From: Eubacteriales bacterium
GTDB lineage: Bacteria; Bacillota; Clostridia; Oscillospirales; UBA644
Length of the DNA stretch: 42,265 nt
Direction of reading: 5' to 3'
NCBI GenBank assembly: GCA_045629205.1
Contig: JAZQQT010000154.1
Location: 1-42,265 of the forward strand
Part shown: piece by piece, positions 29,220-39,587 of the stretch
Numbering within the stretch: position 1 is the stretch's first letter
Layout of the letters: each line of letters opens with the position of its first letter
Notes under the pieces: generated by a model
What the model saw: the letters and a program-made list of their open reading frames with translations, nothing else
What the model was told of the DNA's origin: nothing
Databases searched by the model: none
Made by a program: the position numbers and the translations under genes

Positions 29220-30527
29220 TCATATTTCATTTGCAGTTATCATGTTTTGTATATGTTCCAAAGCTCTTTTTGACATCAGTTCTTTTCTGTCTTTTTTCTT
29301 GATTTTGCCTGAAAGAGGCTCAAAGATGCCGAAATTAACATTCATCGGTTGAAAATTATCATTTGAAGTACTGATATAAGCCGCAAGCGATCCGATAGCC
29401 GTTTCTCTTCCGAAAATAACGGGTTTTGTTCTGTTCGGATTTGCGTTTAATCCGCAAACAAGACCTGAAGCCGCAGATTCAAGGTATCCTTCAACGCCTG
29501 TCATTTGTCCGGCAAAGAACAGTCCTTTTTTTGCTTTTGCTTCAAATGTCTCGGTCAAAAACTTCGGTGAATTTATATATGTATTCCGATGCATGACTCC
29601 GTATCGGACGAATTCTGCGTTTTCAAGCCCGGGAATCATGGAGAAAACTCTTTTTTGTTCGCCGAAAAGGAGATGTGTCTGGAATCCGACTATATTGTAG
29701 AGTGACGATTCCGAGTTATCTTTCCTTAACTGAACTACGCCGCAAGGCTTATTGTCGGGAAATCTTTTGTCTGTCAGTCCAACCGGTTTCAAAGGTCCGT
29801 AAAGAAGCGTTTCATATCCGCGTTTTGCCATAACCTCGATTGGCATACATCCTTCGAAAACCCTGTCGTTTTCAAATTCGTGCAGCTCGGCGCATTTTGC
29901 CGAAATCAGTTCCTGATAAAAAGCATCATATTCTTCTTTTGACATGGGGCAATTGATATAATCAGCTGTTCCCTTGTCGTATCGTGAGGCAAAAAACGCC
30001 TTTTCCATATTGATGCTTTCTGCCGTAACTATTGGCGCAGCGGCGTCAAAAAACCATAGTCCGTCATCACCGAAATATTTTTTGATTTCGGCGGCAAGCG
30101 GTGCAGAAGTCAACGGTCCCGTAGCGATTATTACGGGACAATCAAAATCAAGAGAAGTGATTTCTTCATTTACAACGGTGATGTTATCGCAAGTGCGTAT
30201 TTTATCGGTAACGGCTTGTGAAAAGGCATCTCTGTCAACGGCAAGGGCCGCACCGGCGGGAACGGCGGTCATATCCGCACATTCCATGATCAAAGACCCC
30301 AAAAGTCTCATTTCTTCCTTTAAAAGACCTATTGCATTAGCAAGCCCTGTTGCTCTTAGTGAGTTTGAACATACGAGCTCGCACAGATTATCGGATTTGT
30401 GCGCCGGAGATTTTTTTTCGGGTTTCATCTCATAAAGTGTGACATTAACGCCTTTTTTTGCAAGCTGCCATGCTGCTTCGCACCCTGCAAGACCTCCGCC
30501 TACTACCGCAACTTTATTCTTCATCAT
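29220..30527 (-). CDS. trmFO: Methylenetetrahydrofolate--tRNA-(uracil54-C5)-methyltransferase TrmFO (Gid)
   Basis: GidA-related sequence with FAD motif [23 protein letters not shown] place the start at the MMKNK Met (30525-30527) rather than the ORF-track start at 30587, because homologues begin just before the GGG motif. This start overlaps the topA stop by 14 nt. Conserved topA-trmFO synteny. Confidence 0.9.
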   Translation of the reverse strand: MMKNKVAVVGGGLAGCEAAWQLAKKGVNVTLYEMKPEKKSPAHKSDNLCELVCSNSLRATGLANAIGLLKEEMRLLGSLIMECADMTAVPAGAALAVDRDAFSQAVTDKIRTCDNITVVNEEITSLDFDCPVIIATGPLTSAPLAAEIKKYFGDDGLWFFDAAAPIVTAESINMEKAFFASRYDKGTADYINCPMSKEEYDAFYQELISAKCAELHEFENDRVFEGCMPIEVMAKRGYETLLYGPLKPVGLTDKRFPDNKPCGVVQLRKDNSESSLYNIVGFQTHLLFGEQKRVFSMIPGLENAEFVRYGVMHRNTYINSPKFLTETFEAKAKKGLFFAGQMTGVEGYLESAASGLVCGLNANPNRTKPVIFGRETAIGSLAAYISTSNDNFQPMNVNFGIFEPLSGKIKKKDRKELMSKRALEHIQNMITANEI

Positions 30528-32637
30528 TTTTTTTCGTTTTACTCGGTTTTCTTCTGGTAAGCGGTTTTTCGAAGCCGCAGCCTTCATTGAGACATACTAT
30601 TTTATAAAACTGTTTGAACATCGTTTTCCCGCATTTTTCACATTTATCCGCGATGGGCAAATCCCATGTGATAAAATTGCAGTTTTTCGAGTCTTCACAT
30701 GTATAGAAGGTTTTGTTTTTGCTGCGGCGTGATTTTTTACCGACCATGGGTTTTCCGCATTTCGGGCAGAATCCTTTTGTGGGTTCCGTAATCGGTTTTG
30801 TATTTTTGCATTCCGGATAACCGGAGCAACCCAGAAATTGACCGTAGGGACCGCTCTTATATACCATTTTACGTCCGCATAATTCACATACGATATCGCT
30901 TTCGATCTGAATTTTTCGCGCAGATTTATCCGCGACATCAAGTTCTTTCATAAACGAGTCGTAAAAATCGGAAACAGTTTTAAGATATGTTGCATTTCCG
31001 TCGGCGATTTCATCCAACTGCTTTTCCATATTAGCCGTGAATTTAACATCAACAATATCTTTGAAATTTTCGCACATAAGGTCATTGGTCGTAAATCCGA
31101 GAGCAGTCGGTTTGAGCAGCTTGCCTTCTTTTACAACGTATCCCTTATCCTGAATCGTTGAAATAATGGTTGCGTATGTCGATGGCCTTGCAATGCCGTA
31201 TTCTTCAAATGTTTTTACAAGAGAAGCTTCGGTATATCTTGACGGAGGTTGGGTGAACTTTTGTGTCGGATTGATTGAATCGAGCTTAAGTATCATTCCT
31301 TCTTCGAGATTATCCGGAAGATTAGATGCAGAAATATCATCCTGATCTTTTTGCGCTTCGTATAAAATTGTAAACCCGTTGAATACTATTTTGGAATCAT
31401 TTGCTTTAAACAGATATTTATCTGCCGAAATATCGATATTAACAGTATCATAAACGGCATTTGACATTTGGGAAGACATAAATCTGTTCCAGATCAGTTT
31501 ATAGAGCTTATACTGCTCTGCGCTTAGGCTGTCTTTTATGTCGTCAGGAGCGAGAGAAATAACGGAAGGTCTGATTGCTTCGTGGGCGTCCTGCGCATTC
31601 TTTTTTGTTTTGAATGTATGAGGAGATGTGGGAACATATTCTTTTCCGAAATTTTTGTCGATATAATCCATTGCTGCTGCTGCGGCTTCGGAAGAAATTC
31701 TTACGGAATCTGTTCTCATATATGTAATAAGACCGGTCAGTCCGCGTCCTTTGATATCGATGCCTTCGTATAAAGCCTGTGCTATGCGCATGGTATTTTG
31801 CGGACGCATATTAAGAATCGTGGAGGCTTCCTGTTGGAGAGTTGATGTCGTGAAAGGAGGTCTGGGCTGCTTTTGTTTTTTTGCTTTCTGAAGATTTGAT
31901 ATCTTATATTCGGCATTATTGAGATCCATAAGAATTTTATCAAGAGACTCTTTGCTGTCTATTGTTATTTTTGATGGATTTCCGAAGAATCTTGCCGTAA
32001 AAGTCTTTCTGCCGTCTTTAAAAGCGGCTTCGATTGTCCAGTATTCTGCCGGAACGAATTTTTCTATTTCACGTTCTCTGTCAACGATCAGTCTTGTCGC
32101 AACGGTCTGAACTCGCCCTGCGGAAAGTCCGGGCTGAAGTTTGTGCCAAAGAAAAGGACTTGCTTTGTAGCCGACTATCCTGTCGAGCACTCTTCTTGCT
32201 TGCTGAGCGTTAAATAGTTGTTCATCTATGCATCTGGGATTCTGAATCCCGTTTTTTACTGCATCTTTTGTGATTTCGTTAAAAGTAACGCGAACCTGAG
32301 CTTTTTTATCAATATCAAGTATTTCGGCAAGATGCCATGAAATAGCCTCTCCTTCGCGATCCGGGTCGGTTGCAAGGAAAATGTTCTTGCTTGAAGCGGC
32401 GGCTTCCTTCAGTTCCTTTACTATTTGCGCTTTTCCGCCTTTTCTCGGAACGATATATTCCGGAGTAAAATTTTTATCGACGTCAACGCCGAATTTATCT
32501 TTCGGAAGGTCTCTGACGTGTCCTACCGAAGAAAGAACTTCAAACCCCGAACCGAGATATTTTTTGATTGTTTTGGCTTTTGAAGGGGATTCCACAATCA
32601 GAAGATTTTGGATGGATTTTTTTGATGATGTAGCCAT
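30514..32637 (-). CDS. topA: DNA topoisomerase I
   Basis: 707-aa ORF with the Toprim motif [30 protein letters not shown], active-site region ITYMRTDS, and three C-terminal Cys4 zinc-ribbon repeats. Confidence 0.97.
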   Translation of the reverse strand: MATSSKKSIQNLLIVESPSKAKTIKKYLGSGFEVLSSVGHVRDLPKDKFGVDVDKNFTPEYIVPRKGGKAQIVKELKEAAASSKNIFLATDPDREGEAISWHLAEILDIDKKAQVRVTFNEITKDAVKNGIQNPRCIDEQLFNAQQARRVLDRIVGYKASPFLWHKLQPGLSAGRVQTVATRLIVDREREIEKFVPAEYWTIEAAFKDGRKTFTARFFGNPSKITIDSKESLDKILMDLNNAEYKISNLQKAKKQKQPRPPFTTSTLQQEASTILNMRPQNTMRIAQALYEGIDIKGRGLTGLITYMRTDSVRISSEAAAAAMDYIDKNFGKEYVPTSPHTFKTKKNAQDAHEAIRPSVISLAPDDIKDSLSAEQYKLYKLIWNRFMSSQMSNAVYDTVNIDISADKYLFKANDSKIVFNGFTILYEAQKDQDDISASNLPDNLEEGMILKLDSINPTQKFTQPPSRYTEASLVKTFEEYGIARPSTYATIISTIQDKGYVVKEGKLLKPTALGFTTNDLMCENFKDIVDVKFTANMEKQLDEIADGNATYLKTVSDFYDSFMKELDVADKSARKIQIESDIVCELCGRKMVYKSGPYGQFLGCSGYPECKNTKPITEPTKGFCPKCGKPMVGKKSRRSKNKTFYTCEDSKNCNFITWDLPIADKCEKCGKTMFKQFYKIVCLNEGCGFEKPLTRRKPSKTKKNDEE

Positions 32638-32654
32638 TATATGTCTCCAAAGAA

Positions 32655-33920
32655 TTATTTGCTGTTTTTTATTATATACTGTGCGCCGGCTGTTTCCGAA
32701 ACGTATCCGAGATCGGTCAGACGCGACATTTCATCTATTGTTTCCGCAAAGGACCAGTCGTTGGCTGCGGAAATTTCATCTATGGTTGCCGGGCTTATTT
32801 CAAGCATATTCAATACTCTTATATCATCTGCTGCAAGCAGTGAGTAATCGTGTGATGGTTTCCGGTTTTCGTTTTCTTCCGGTTTTTTCTGTTTTTCTTT
32901 TTTAACCGGTTTTCTCTTCGTCGGCTGTTTTATGTTGCCGTAGTATTCTTCCGCTATGTTTTCCGATACCGAGACTGCGGCGGTTCCTTTAAAACCTTTT
33001 CGCAGTTTTTCGCTGAAATCGGCGGGATTTATTCCATAACCGTAGTCTCTGTTATAATCTTCTATTATATCAAGAAAACTTGATGCCACTATCGCTCCGT
33101 TTCGCAGCAAGAAATTATTGCCTTCGGAACGGGGATCATAGGGACCGTCCGGGACGGCATAGAGGGTCCTGCCTTGATCAATGGCGTATTCAGCCGTTGA
33201 TATCGCGCCGCTTGTTATACCTGCCTCAACTATCAGTGTGCTTTGTGTCAGTCCGCTTATGATTCTGTTTCGTCTTGCGTATTGCCATGCCCTGACGGGT
33301 GTTCCGGGCAGGTATTCCGAAACGAGAGCACCGTATTTGCAGATTGTTGCCAATAAATCCGTATCAGCTCCTCCGGGGAGAATGTCAAGTCCGCACGGAA
33401 GAACGGAAATTACTTTCCCTCCTGCGAACAAAGCTCCTTTGAGGGCATATGAATCTATTCCTTTTGCAAATCCGCTTACAACGGTAAATCCGCATGTTGC
33501 AAGAGAAAATCCGTTTAATGCGGCATATTTCATAAAATCCGGTTTTGCTTTCCGTGTTCCCACTATCGAAACGGACGGCCCTTCGTTTATGTTGTCCGGA
33601 AGATTTCCACGAACAAACAACACGCTTGGCGCGTCTTCGATTTGTGAAAGCATAACGGGATATTTTTTATCGAAATATCCAATGATTTCTATTCCTTTTT
33701 CCCGGCACTCACGGATAGTATTCTCGGCTTTTTTAAAGATTTCCGTAGATATTCCGTTAAAGCCATCAGGCAAAAAATCATATTTCCCGTATTCGGATGC
33801 GGAAAGAGCGCAAAAAGATGAAAATGACGGAAAATTTCTTATTATTTCCGCCGAAACGGAACTGCCGCTCCCGAAAACGGAAGATATCGCCAATGCTGAA
33901 ACAGTTTCGTCCATTGTCAT
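32655..33920 (-). CDS. dprA: DNA-processing protein DprA (Smf)
   Basis: 421-aa ORF with the Rossmann-like DprA core (IVGTRKAKPDF, SGFAKGIDSYALKGAL, VEAGITSGAISTAEYAIDQGR), a Lys-rich linker, and a C-terminal winged-helix-like domain. Conserved dprA-topA synteny. Confidence 0.92.
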   Translation of the reverse strand: MTMDETVSALAISSVFGSGSSVSAEIIRNFPSFSSFCALSASEYGKYDFLPDGFNGISTEIFKKAENTIRECREKGIEIIGYFDKKYPVMLSQIEDAPSVLFVRGNLPDNINEGPSVSIVGTRKAKPDFMKYAALNGFSLATCGFTVVSGFAKGIDSYALKGALFAGGKVISVLPCGLDILPGGADTDLLATICKYGALVSEYLPGTPVRAWQYARRNRIISGLTQSTLIVEAGITSGAISTAEYAIDQGRTLYAVPDGPYDPRSEGNNFLLRNGAIVASSFLDIIEDYNRDYGYGINPADFSEKLRKGFKGTAAVSVSENIAEEYYGNIKQPTKRKPVKKEKQKKPEENENRKPSHDYSLLAADDIRVLNMLEISPATIDEISAANDWSFAETIDEMSRLTDLGYVSETAGAQYIIKNSK

Positions 33921-33927
33921 TCTCCTT

Positions 33928-34677
33928 TTAAATCTTTTTGCTTGCTTCGAACATTATGATAGATGCGGCAACTCCTGCATTAAGTGATTCCGCCGAATTT
34001 CTGTTTATCGGTATATATATCTTTGCGTCGGCGATATCGGAAATTGCCGGAGAGACACCTTTGCTTTCGTTTCCGATGATGATCGCTGTTTTCCCTTGAG
34101 TTGTAAGATCTTCAATCGGCAGCGCGGTTTCGTTAAGTTCAGAGGAATATACGGTATATCCGAACTTTTTCAGTTCTTTTATTCTGAGAATAAGATCAGC
34201 TGCTTCTTCAAGATATATTTTTGTAACGGTTCCTGCCGAACTTCTTGATGCTTTTTGCCTGAACGGAGAAGCGCTGTCGTTTCCCGTTATTACACCGAAC
34301 CCGAAAGCTGCTGCAGAACGGATAATGGTTCCTATATTTCCGGGGTCCTGAACCCGATCGGTAATAATGATTTTGTCCGGCAAGTCGGTTTTTGCGGTAG
34401 AAACGAGGGCAATTATGTTTTGTGCGGATACTGTGTCGCTGATTTTTTTCATGACCGAATCTGTTGCGCGGTATATTTCCGCATTTAAAAATGCGGACAG
34501 AACATCATCCGTAACGGTTTCCGAGCAGACGATTAATTTCACCTGCTCTGCGGGAAGATCTTTAATAAAATTCAGTCCTTCGATTATAAACCCGTCTGAT
34601 GTCGGCTTTTCTGTTGCCGAAAGGATTTTTTCAACGATCGGATGTTTTCGGGATTCAATATGTTCTGGAATTATCAT
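33928..34677 (-). CDS. TrmH/SpoU family RNA 2'-O-methyltransferase
   Basis: 249-aa ORF with SpoU motifs DRVQDPGNIGTIIRSAAAFG, IIIGNESKGVS, and ESLNAGVAASIIMFE. Confidence 0.88.
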   Translation of the reverse strand: MIIPEHIESRKHPIVEKILSATEKPTSDGFIIEGLNFIKDLPAEQVKLIVCSETVTDDVLSAFLNAEIYRATDSVMKKISDTVSAQNIIALVSTAKTDLPDKIIITDRVQDPGNIGTIIRSAAAFGFGVITGNDSASPFRQKASRSSAGTVTKIYLEEAADLILRIKELKKFGYTVYSSELNETALPIEDLTTQGKTAIIIGNESKGVSPAISDIADAKIYIPINRNSAESLNAGVAASIIMFEASKKI

Positions 34678-34687
34678 AAATCACTCG

Positions 34688-35800
34688 TTAACTGATTTTT
34701 TTCAGGAATGCAAAACTGTTCCCTTTTTGAACCCATACGGTATTCTCAGACATATCGCCGATGGCTTTGTATTTTTGTGAAAAAACGGTATTTCCGGCAG
34801 TATCGATTAATGTCCATCCGCCTGAGGATTTGACCGCCGCATATCCGTTGACAAAATCTCTTGCTTCGTCGAATTTCGGCAAGATGATTTCTTCGGCGTT
34901 TTTGTTAATGAATCCCCATTTCCCGTCTTTGCATATTCTTCCGAGTCCGCAGGAAAAGGCGTAAGCATGTTCGTATTTGTTTTCACTTAAAAATGCGCCT
35001 GAAGTATCTATGTATTGATAACTTGTGTTGTCTGTTTTTACTGAGGCTATACCCTCCGAAAACTCATTTGCTTCTTTGAATTTCAATGGAATAACGTTGT
35101 TCCCGTTTTTATCTATATATCCCCACAGATAATCGTTTTCCACTGCTGCAAGACCTTCAGAGAATACACCGGTATCCTGATACAGCAAATCAATTACGAG
35201 TTGACCTTCGGAGTTTATGAAACCGCTTGGATAGTCGGAAAAGACTTCAGTCAATCCTTCGTGTGATTTACGGCCTTCAGTCCATTGAAAATCCGATATT
35301 ACATTTCCGTTTTTATCAATGAAGCCGTATTTGCCATTTAGTTTTACATACGCGATTCCGTCCGAAAAGTCTCCTGCATCTTCATAAATTGCGGGAATGA
35401 CTTTTTCTCCGTTTTTATTTATGTATCCGTATTTTCCGTTTGATTTTATTACCGCAAGTCCTTCTGAAAATCCCCATGCCGACTGATATTCGGGACTTAT
35501 CGTTTCTTCTCCGTTTGTGTTGATAAATCCCCATTTTCTGTCGAGACAAACAGCGCAGCAACCTTCTTTGAAACTTCTTACGTCTTCATATTTGAAATCA
35601 ACGGTTTGGATGCCGTTTATATCGATTATTCCCCATTTTCCGTTTGATTTAACGGCGGCAAAACCTTCGGAAAAATCTCTTACGGCATCGTAGGATTTGC
35701 CTATCCGGATAAAACCCTGTTCGATTAGGTTTATTTCACAGCCACTCAAAAGAAATACGGCGATTGTTATGAATAAAACAAAAGCAATCGTTTTTTTCAC
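34688..35800 (-). CDS. WG-repeat (KWG-type) lipoprotein
   Basis: About 9 tandem repeats of the pattern F(S/K)EG.A.V..NGK(W/Y)G(F/Y)I(D/N)KNG. I place the start at GTG (35798-35800), 10 nt after an AAAGGAG RBS, which gives VKKTIAFVLFITIAVFLLSGC (signal peptide plus lipobox). The ORF-track ATG at 35878 would overlap secA by 61 nt. Confidence 0.8.
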   Translation of the reverse strand: MKKTIAFVLFITIAVFLLSGCEINLIEQGFIRIGKSYDAVRDFSEGFAAVKSNGKWGIIDINGIQTVDFKYEDVRSFKEGCCAVCLDRKWGFINTNGEETISPEYQSAWGFSEGLAVIKSNGKYGYINKNGEKVIPAIYEDAGDFSDGIAYVKLNGKYGFIDKNGNVISDFQWTEGRKSHEGLTEVFSDYPSGFINSEGQLVIDLLYQDTGVFSEGLAAVENDYLWGYIDKNGNNVIPLKFKEANEFSEGIASVKTDNTSYQYIDTSGAFLSENKYEHAYAFSCGLGRICKDGKWGFINKNAEEIILPKFDEARDFVNGYAAVKSSGGWTLIDTAGNTVFSQKYKAIGDMSENTVWVQKGNSFAFLKKIS

Positions 35801-35817
35801 GAAGATTAAACTCCTTT

Positions 35818-38553
35818 TCAGTCTTTTTGCTCTCTTCCGCAGCAGTTTTTGTATTTTTTTCCGCTTCCGCAGGGACATGGATCGTTACGACCTATTTTTT
35901 CGGCTTTTGTCAGAACTTTCGGCTTCGGTTTTTCACCGCCTGCCGATGCGTTGTCGGCAATAGCTACCTGTTCACGTTTGATTTCTTTTTTTACTAATCT
36001 GACAAGCATAACTCCTTTTACGGTGTCTTCTTTGATTGCTTCAATCATTTCCTCGAACATATTATATCCTTCGTTTCGATATTCTATGACGGGGTTTTGA
36101 TTAGCATATCCGCGGAGAGCGACTCCCTGACGGAGATCGTCCATTGCGTCAATATGGTCCATCCAGTATTTATCTGTGTTTTTAAGAAGAATAATACGCT
36201 CGAGTTCCCGCATTCTTTCGGGAGTATTTGCTTCTTCGCTTGTTTTATAAGCTTCAAACGCTTTTTCTTCGAGATCCTTGCACAATGTTTCTTTTTTAAG
36301 CTTTTTAATCTGCGTTTCATCGTATCTCAGATCGTTTTCGGTGAGGCAGATTCCGGTATATGCTTTACGGAGACCGTCGATATCCCATAATGCGGAATCG
36401 TCTCCCTGCGCATATGTATCAACGGCAGCGGAAATATGATCGGATATCATCTTAGAGATATGATCTTTAAGATCTTCACCGTTCAATACTCGTCCCCGTT
36501 CCTCATATATTAATTTTCTCTGAGTATTGATAACGTCATCGTATTCCAGAACTCTTTTCCTGGACTGGAAGTTAATACCTTCGACCTTTTTCTGAGCATT
36601 TTCAATGGTTTTCGACAGAATTGAGGCATCTATCGGCTGATCTTCGGGCAGATTGAACATTTCTGCTATATTCTGCACTCTTTCTCCGCCGAATAAACGC
36701 ATCAGATCGTCTTCAAGAGAAAGATAAAAACAACTTTCTCCGATGTCGCCCTGACGCCCGGATCTGCCGCGCAGCTGGTTGTCTATTCGCCTGCTTTCGT
36801 GTCTTTCTGTTCCGATTATACATAAACCGCCTGCGGCCTTGACTTTTTCGGCTTCTACATCGACGTCTTTTTTAAATTCCTTATAGAGCTCATTAAATCT
36901 TTCTCTTGCGGCAAGAATATCTTCGTTGTCGGTATCTCCGTGTCCGTCCGCTTCGGCTATCAGATCGTGTTCGAATCCTTCTTTTTCAAGTTGCTCTTTC
37001 GCAAGGAACTCCGCGTTTCCTCCGAGAACGATATCTGTTCCTCTTCCTGCCATATTTGTCGCAATCGTCACTGCCCCGAACTTACCTGCCTGCGAAACGA
37101 TATGCGCTTCTTTTTCGTGGAATTTTGCATTAAGAACGTTATGTCTGATGCCTTCCTTTTTGAGCATCTTGCTTAGTAATTCGGATTTTTCTATTGTTAC
37201 GGTGCCAACCAGAACAGGCTGACCTTTTTCGTTGCATTCTTTTATTTTGTTTACGACTGCCGTATATTTCCCGTTGAGATTTCTGTATACTTTATCGTTT
37301 AAATCCTGACGGATCATCGGTTTGTTAGTTGGTATTTCAACAACGTCAAGTCCGTATATTTCTCTGAATTCATCTTCCTCGGTCAGAGCTGTTCCCGTCA
37401 TACCGGAAAGTTTTGCATATATTCTGAAGTAATTCTGGAATGTGATTGTCGCAAGCGTTTTGTTTTCTTCGTTAATACGAACATGTTCTTTTGCTTCAAT
37501 AGCCTGATGCAGACCGTTTGAGTATCTTCTGCCGAACATCAGACGTCCGGTGAATTCGTCAACGATGATTATCTCTCCGTCTTTTACAACATAATCAACG
37601 TCTCTTTGCATGGTTCCGTAGGCTTTGAGTGACTGATTGATAAAGTGTTGAAGAGAAACGTTTTCAAAATCGGCAAGGTTTTCAATGCCGAATTCTCTCT
37701 GTGCTTTTTCTATGCCCTGCGCAGTAAGGAAGGCGCGTTTGTTTTTTTCTTCAATAACATAATCGGCATCCATGTCTTCGTATATTTCTTTATCGTTAAG
37801 CTCTTTGAATTTGAGCGAACGAAGACGACGAACGAACGCATCGGCACGGGCATACATCTCGTCTGCTTTGTCGCCGTGACCCGATATTATTAGAGGAGTT
37901 CTTGCCTCATCTATAAGGATTGAGTCAACTTCGTCAACTATAGCGAAATTATGGCCTCTCTGCACCATATTTTCTTTATATATAACCATATTGTCACGCA
38001 GATAGTCGAACCCCATCTCGTTGTTGGTTCCGTAGGTGATATCTGCGGCATAGGCCTTCTGACGTTCATCGGTTGTCATATCGTGAAGTATCAATCCGAC
38101 TTTTAATCCGAGGAATGCGTGGGCTTTCCCCATCCATTCGCTGTCACGTCTTGACAGATAATCGTTTACCGTAACGATATGAACGCCTTTTCCCGAAAGA
38201 GCGTTGAGATAAGCGGGGAGAGTTGCAACAAGTGTCTTTCCCTCTCCTGTTTTCATTTCGGAAATTCTTCCCTGGTGAAGAATTATTCCGCCGTAAAGCT
38301 GACACTCAAAAGGCCGCATACCGAGGACTCTCGCGTCGGCTTCTCTGATTGTCGCAAAAGCTTCCGGAAGAATGTCATCAAGTGTTTCACCGTCTGCCAG
38401 TCTTTTTCGGAATATTTCGGTCTTTGCTTTCAGGTCAGTATCGGATAAATTCTTATATTCATCTTCCAAGGCGATTATCCTGTCAACAATCGGCTTGATT
38501 TTTTTTAATTCTCTTTCGCTGTGTGTTCCGAATAACTTTTCAAAAAATCCCAT
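35818..38553 (-). CDS. secA: Preprotein translocase ATPase SecA
   Basis: Start placed at MGFFEKLFG (ATG 38551-38553, GGAGGG RBS 3 nt upstream) rather than the track start at 38607. Motifs [13 protein letters not shown] and [19 protein letters not shown], and the C-terminal zinc motif [14 protein letters not shown]. Confidence 0.97.
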   Translation of the reverse strand: MGFFEKLFGTHSERELKKIKPIVDRIIALEDEYKNLSDTDLKAKTEIFRKRLADGETLDDILPEAFATIREADARVLGMRPFECQLYGGIILHQGRISEMKTGEGKTLVATLPAYLNALSGKGVHIVTVNDYLSRRDSEWMGKAHAFLGLKVGLILHDMTTDERQKAYAADITYGTNNEMGFDYLRDNMVIYKENMVQRGHNFAIVDEVDSILIDEARTPLIISGHGDKADEMYARADAFVRRLRSLKFKELNDKEIYEDMDADYVIEEKNKRAFLTAQGIEKAQREFGIENLADFENVSLQHFINQSLKAYGTMQRDVDYVVKDGEIIIVDEFTGRLMFGRRYSNGLHQAIEAKEHVRINEENKTLATITFQNYFRIYAKLSGMTGTALTEEDEFREIYGLDVVEIPTNKPMIRQDLNDKVYRNLNGKYTAVVNKIKECNEKGQPVLVGTVTIEKSELLSKMLKKEGIRHNVLNAKFHEKEAHIVSQAGKFGAVTIATNMAGRGTDIVLGGNAEFLAKEQLEKEGFEHDLIAEADGHGDTDNEDILAARERFNELYKEFKKDVDVEAEKVKAAGGLCIIGTERHESRRIDNQLRGRSGRQGDIGESCFYLSLEDDLMRLFGGERVQNIAEMFNLPEDQPIDASILSKTIENAQKKVEGINFQSRKRVLEYDDVINTQRKLIYEERGRVLNGEDLKDHISKMISDHISAAVDTYAQGDDSALWDIDGLRKAYTGICLTENDLRYDETQIKKLKKETLCKDLEEKAFEAYKTSEEANTPERMRELERIILLKNTDKYWMDHIDAMDDLRQGVALRGYANQNPVIEYRNEGYNMFEEMIEAIKEDTVKGVMLVRLVKKEIKREQVAIADNASAGGEKPKPKVLTKAEKIGRNDPCPCGSGKKYKNCCGREQKD

Positions 38554-38729
38554 TATCCCTCCGAGATTATATACGTTATGCTGAATAAGCGCAGAGCGCA
38601 AATACACATTTTACATTATAGTATATCATACTGAATTATAAAAATCTACATTAAAATATGAAATTTTTTTATATTATATATATAATGTAGTTAAGTTTAA
38701 AAACGTATACGGTTTTTTTTGAAAATCTA

Positions 38730-38758
38730 TTGATTTATGGTTTTATTTATGATAGAAT
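38730..38758 (+). promoter_or_regulatory. Putative parAB-serS promoter (TTGATT-17-TGaTAGAAT)
   Basis: -35 TTGATT (38730-38735), a 17-nt spacer, an extended -10 TG (38750-38751) and TAGAAT (38753-38758). It is 55 nt upstream of the parA GTG. Confidence 0.5.
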
Positions 38759-38776
38759 ATTATCCGGTATTTTTTA

Positions 38777-38792
38777 TGTTTCACGTGAAACA
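38777..38792. promoter_or_regulatory. parS centromere-like site (perfect palindrome TGTTTCACGTGAAACA)
   Basis: The sequence reads a-tgtttcacgtgaaaca-t, an 18-bp perfect palindrome containing a 16/16 match to the parS consensus. It lies between the predicted -10 and the parA start codon. Confidence 0.85.
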
Positions 38793-38813
38793 TAACGGAG
38801 TGGAGGTGATCCG

Positions 38814-39584
38814 GTGGCAAAAGTAATTTCTGTCGCAAATCAAAAAGGCGGAGTCGGTAAAACTACAACATCGGTTAATTTGTCCGCGTGTATAGCAGAA
38901 AAGGGCTATCGTGTTTTACTTATAGACCTTGACCCACAGGGTAATGCCACAAGCGGATGCGGGATCAATAAAAACAAACTTACGAAAAGCGTATATACTG
39001 CCATAGAAGACCCAACATCGGCTTCGGACGCAATTTGCAAAACAGAATTCAAAAATCTTTCGGTATTGCCTTCTCAGATGTCTCTCGCCGGTGCCGAACT
39101 TGAAATGGTAGGCGTGGAAAACCGCGAAATCAGACTTAAACAGGCTATTTCTTATTTTGTTAATGATTATGATTTTATTTTCATAGATTGTCCGCCATCT
39201 TTGGGTTTGCTTACATTAAATGCGCTTGTTGCGTCAGATTCGGTGCTGATCCCGATTCAATGTGAGTTTTATGCTTTGGAGGGATTGTCTCAGTTGGTAA
39301 ATACGATCAAGCAGGTTAATAAGATATATAACCCTCTGCTTAAAATTGAAGGTGTTTTGATTACCATGTTTGATTCGAGGCTCAATCTGACTGTTCAGGT
39401 TCTTTCGGAAATAAAGAGGTTTTTTAAGGATGCTTTATATAAAACATGTATTCCGAGAAATGTTCGTCTTTCCGAAGCTCCTTCTCACGGCGAACCGATA
39501 AACTACTATGACCGAACGGCAAAAGGAACTTGGGCATACAGGGATTTGGCAGATGAGTTCCTTAAGAAAAACGAGGTGAAATGA
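38814..39584 (+). CDS. parA: Chromosome partitioning ATPase ParA (Soj)
   Basis: 256-aa ORF with a GTG start after a GGAGGTG RBS and the deviant Walker A NQKGGVGKTTT. Followed by parB. Confidence 0.95.
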   Translation: MAKVISVANQKGGVGKTTTSVNLSACIAEKGYRVLLIDLDPQGNATSGCGINKNKLTKSVYTAIEDPTSASDAICKTEFKNLSVLPSQMSLAGAELEMVGVENREIRLKQAISYFVNDYDFIFIDCPPSLGLLTLNALVASDSVLIPIQCEFYALEGLSQLVNTIKQVNKIYNPLLKIEGVLITMFDSRLNLTVQVLSEIKRFFKDALYKTCIPRNVRLSEAPSHGEPINYYDRTAKGTWAYRDLADEFLKKNEVK

Positions 39585-39587
39585 TTG

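Noticed and set aside
33181-33987. A 268-aa plus-strand ORF, the longest unassigned ORF in the track.
   Set aside because: It is entirely antisense to dprA, whose minus-strand product has clear DprA motifs. The plus-strand product is low-complexity and Ser/Pro/Ile-rich with no recognisable motif, no RBS and no promoter. It is a shadow ORF.
38554-38607. An N-terminal 18-aa extension of secA in the ORF track ([18 protein letters not shown]).
   Set aside because: SecA proteins begin at MxxFxxKxFG. A GGAGGG RBS sits 3 nt before the internal ATG at 38553, and there is none before 38607. The same logic trims trmFO (30528-30587) and the WG-repeat lipoprotein (35801-35878).
38646-38690. An 8-bp inverted repeat ctacatta ... 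taatgtag separated by 29 nt in the secA/parA divergent region.
   Set aside because: The arms are short and lie in nearly pure A/T sequence, so a chance occurrence is plausible. The position does not fit a terminator or a clear operator.
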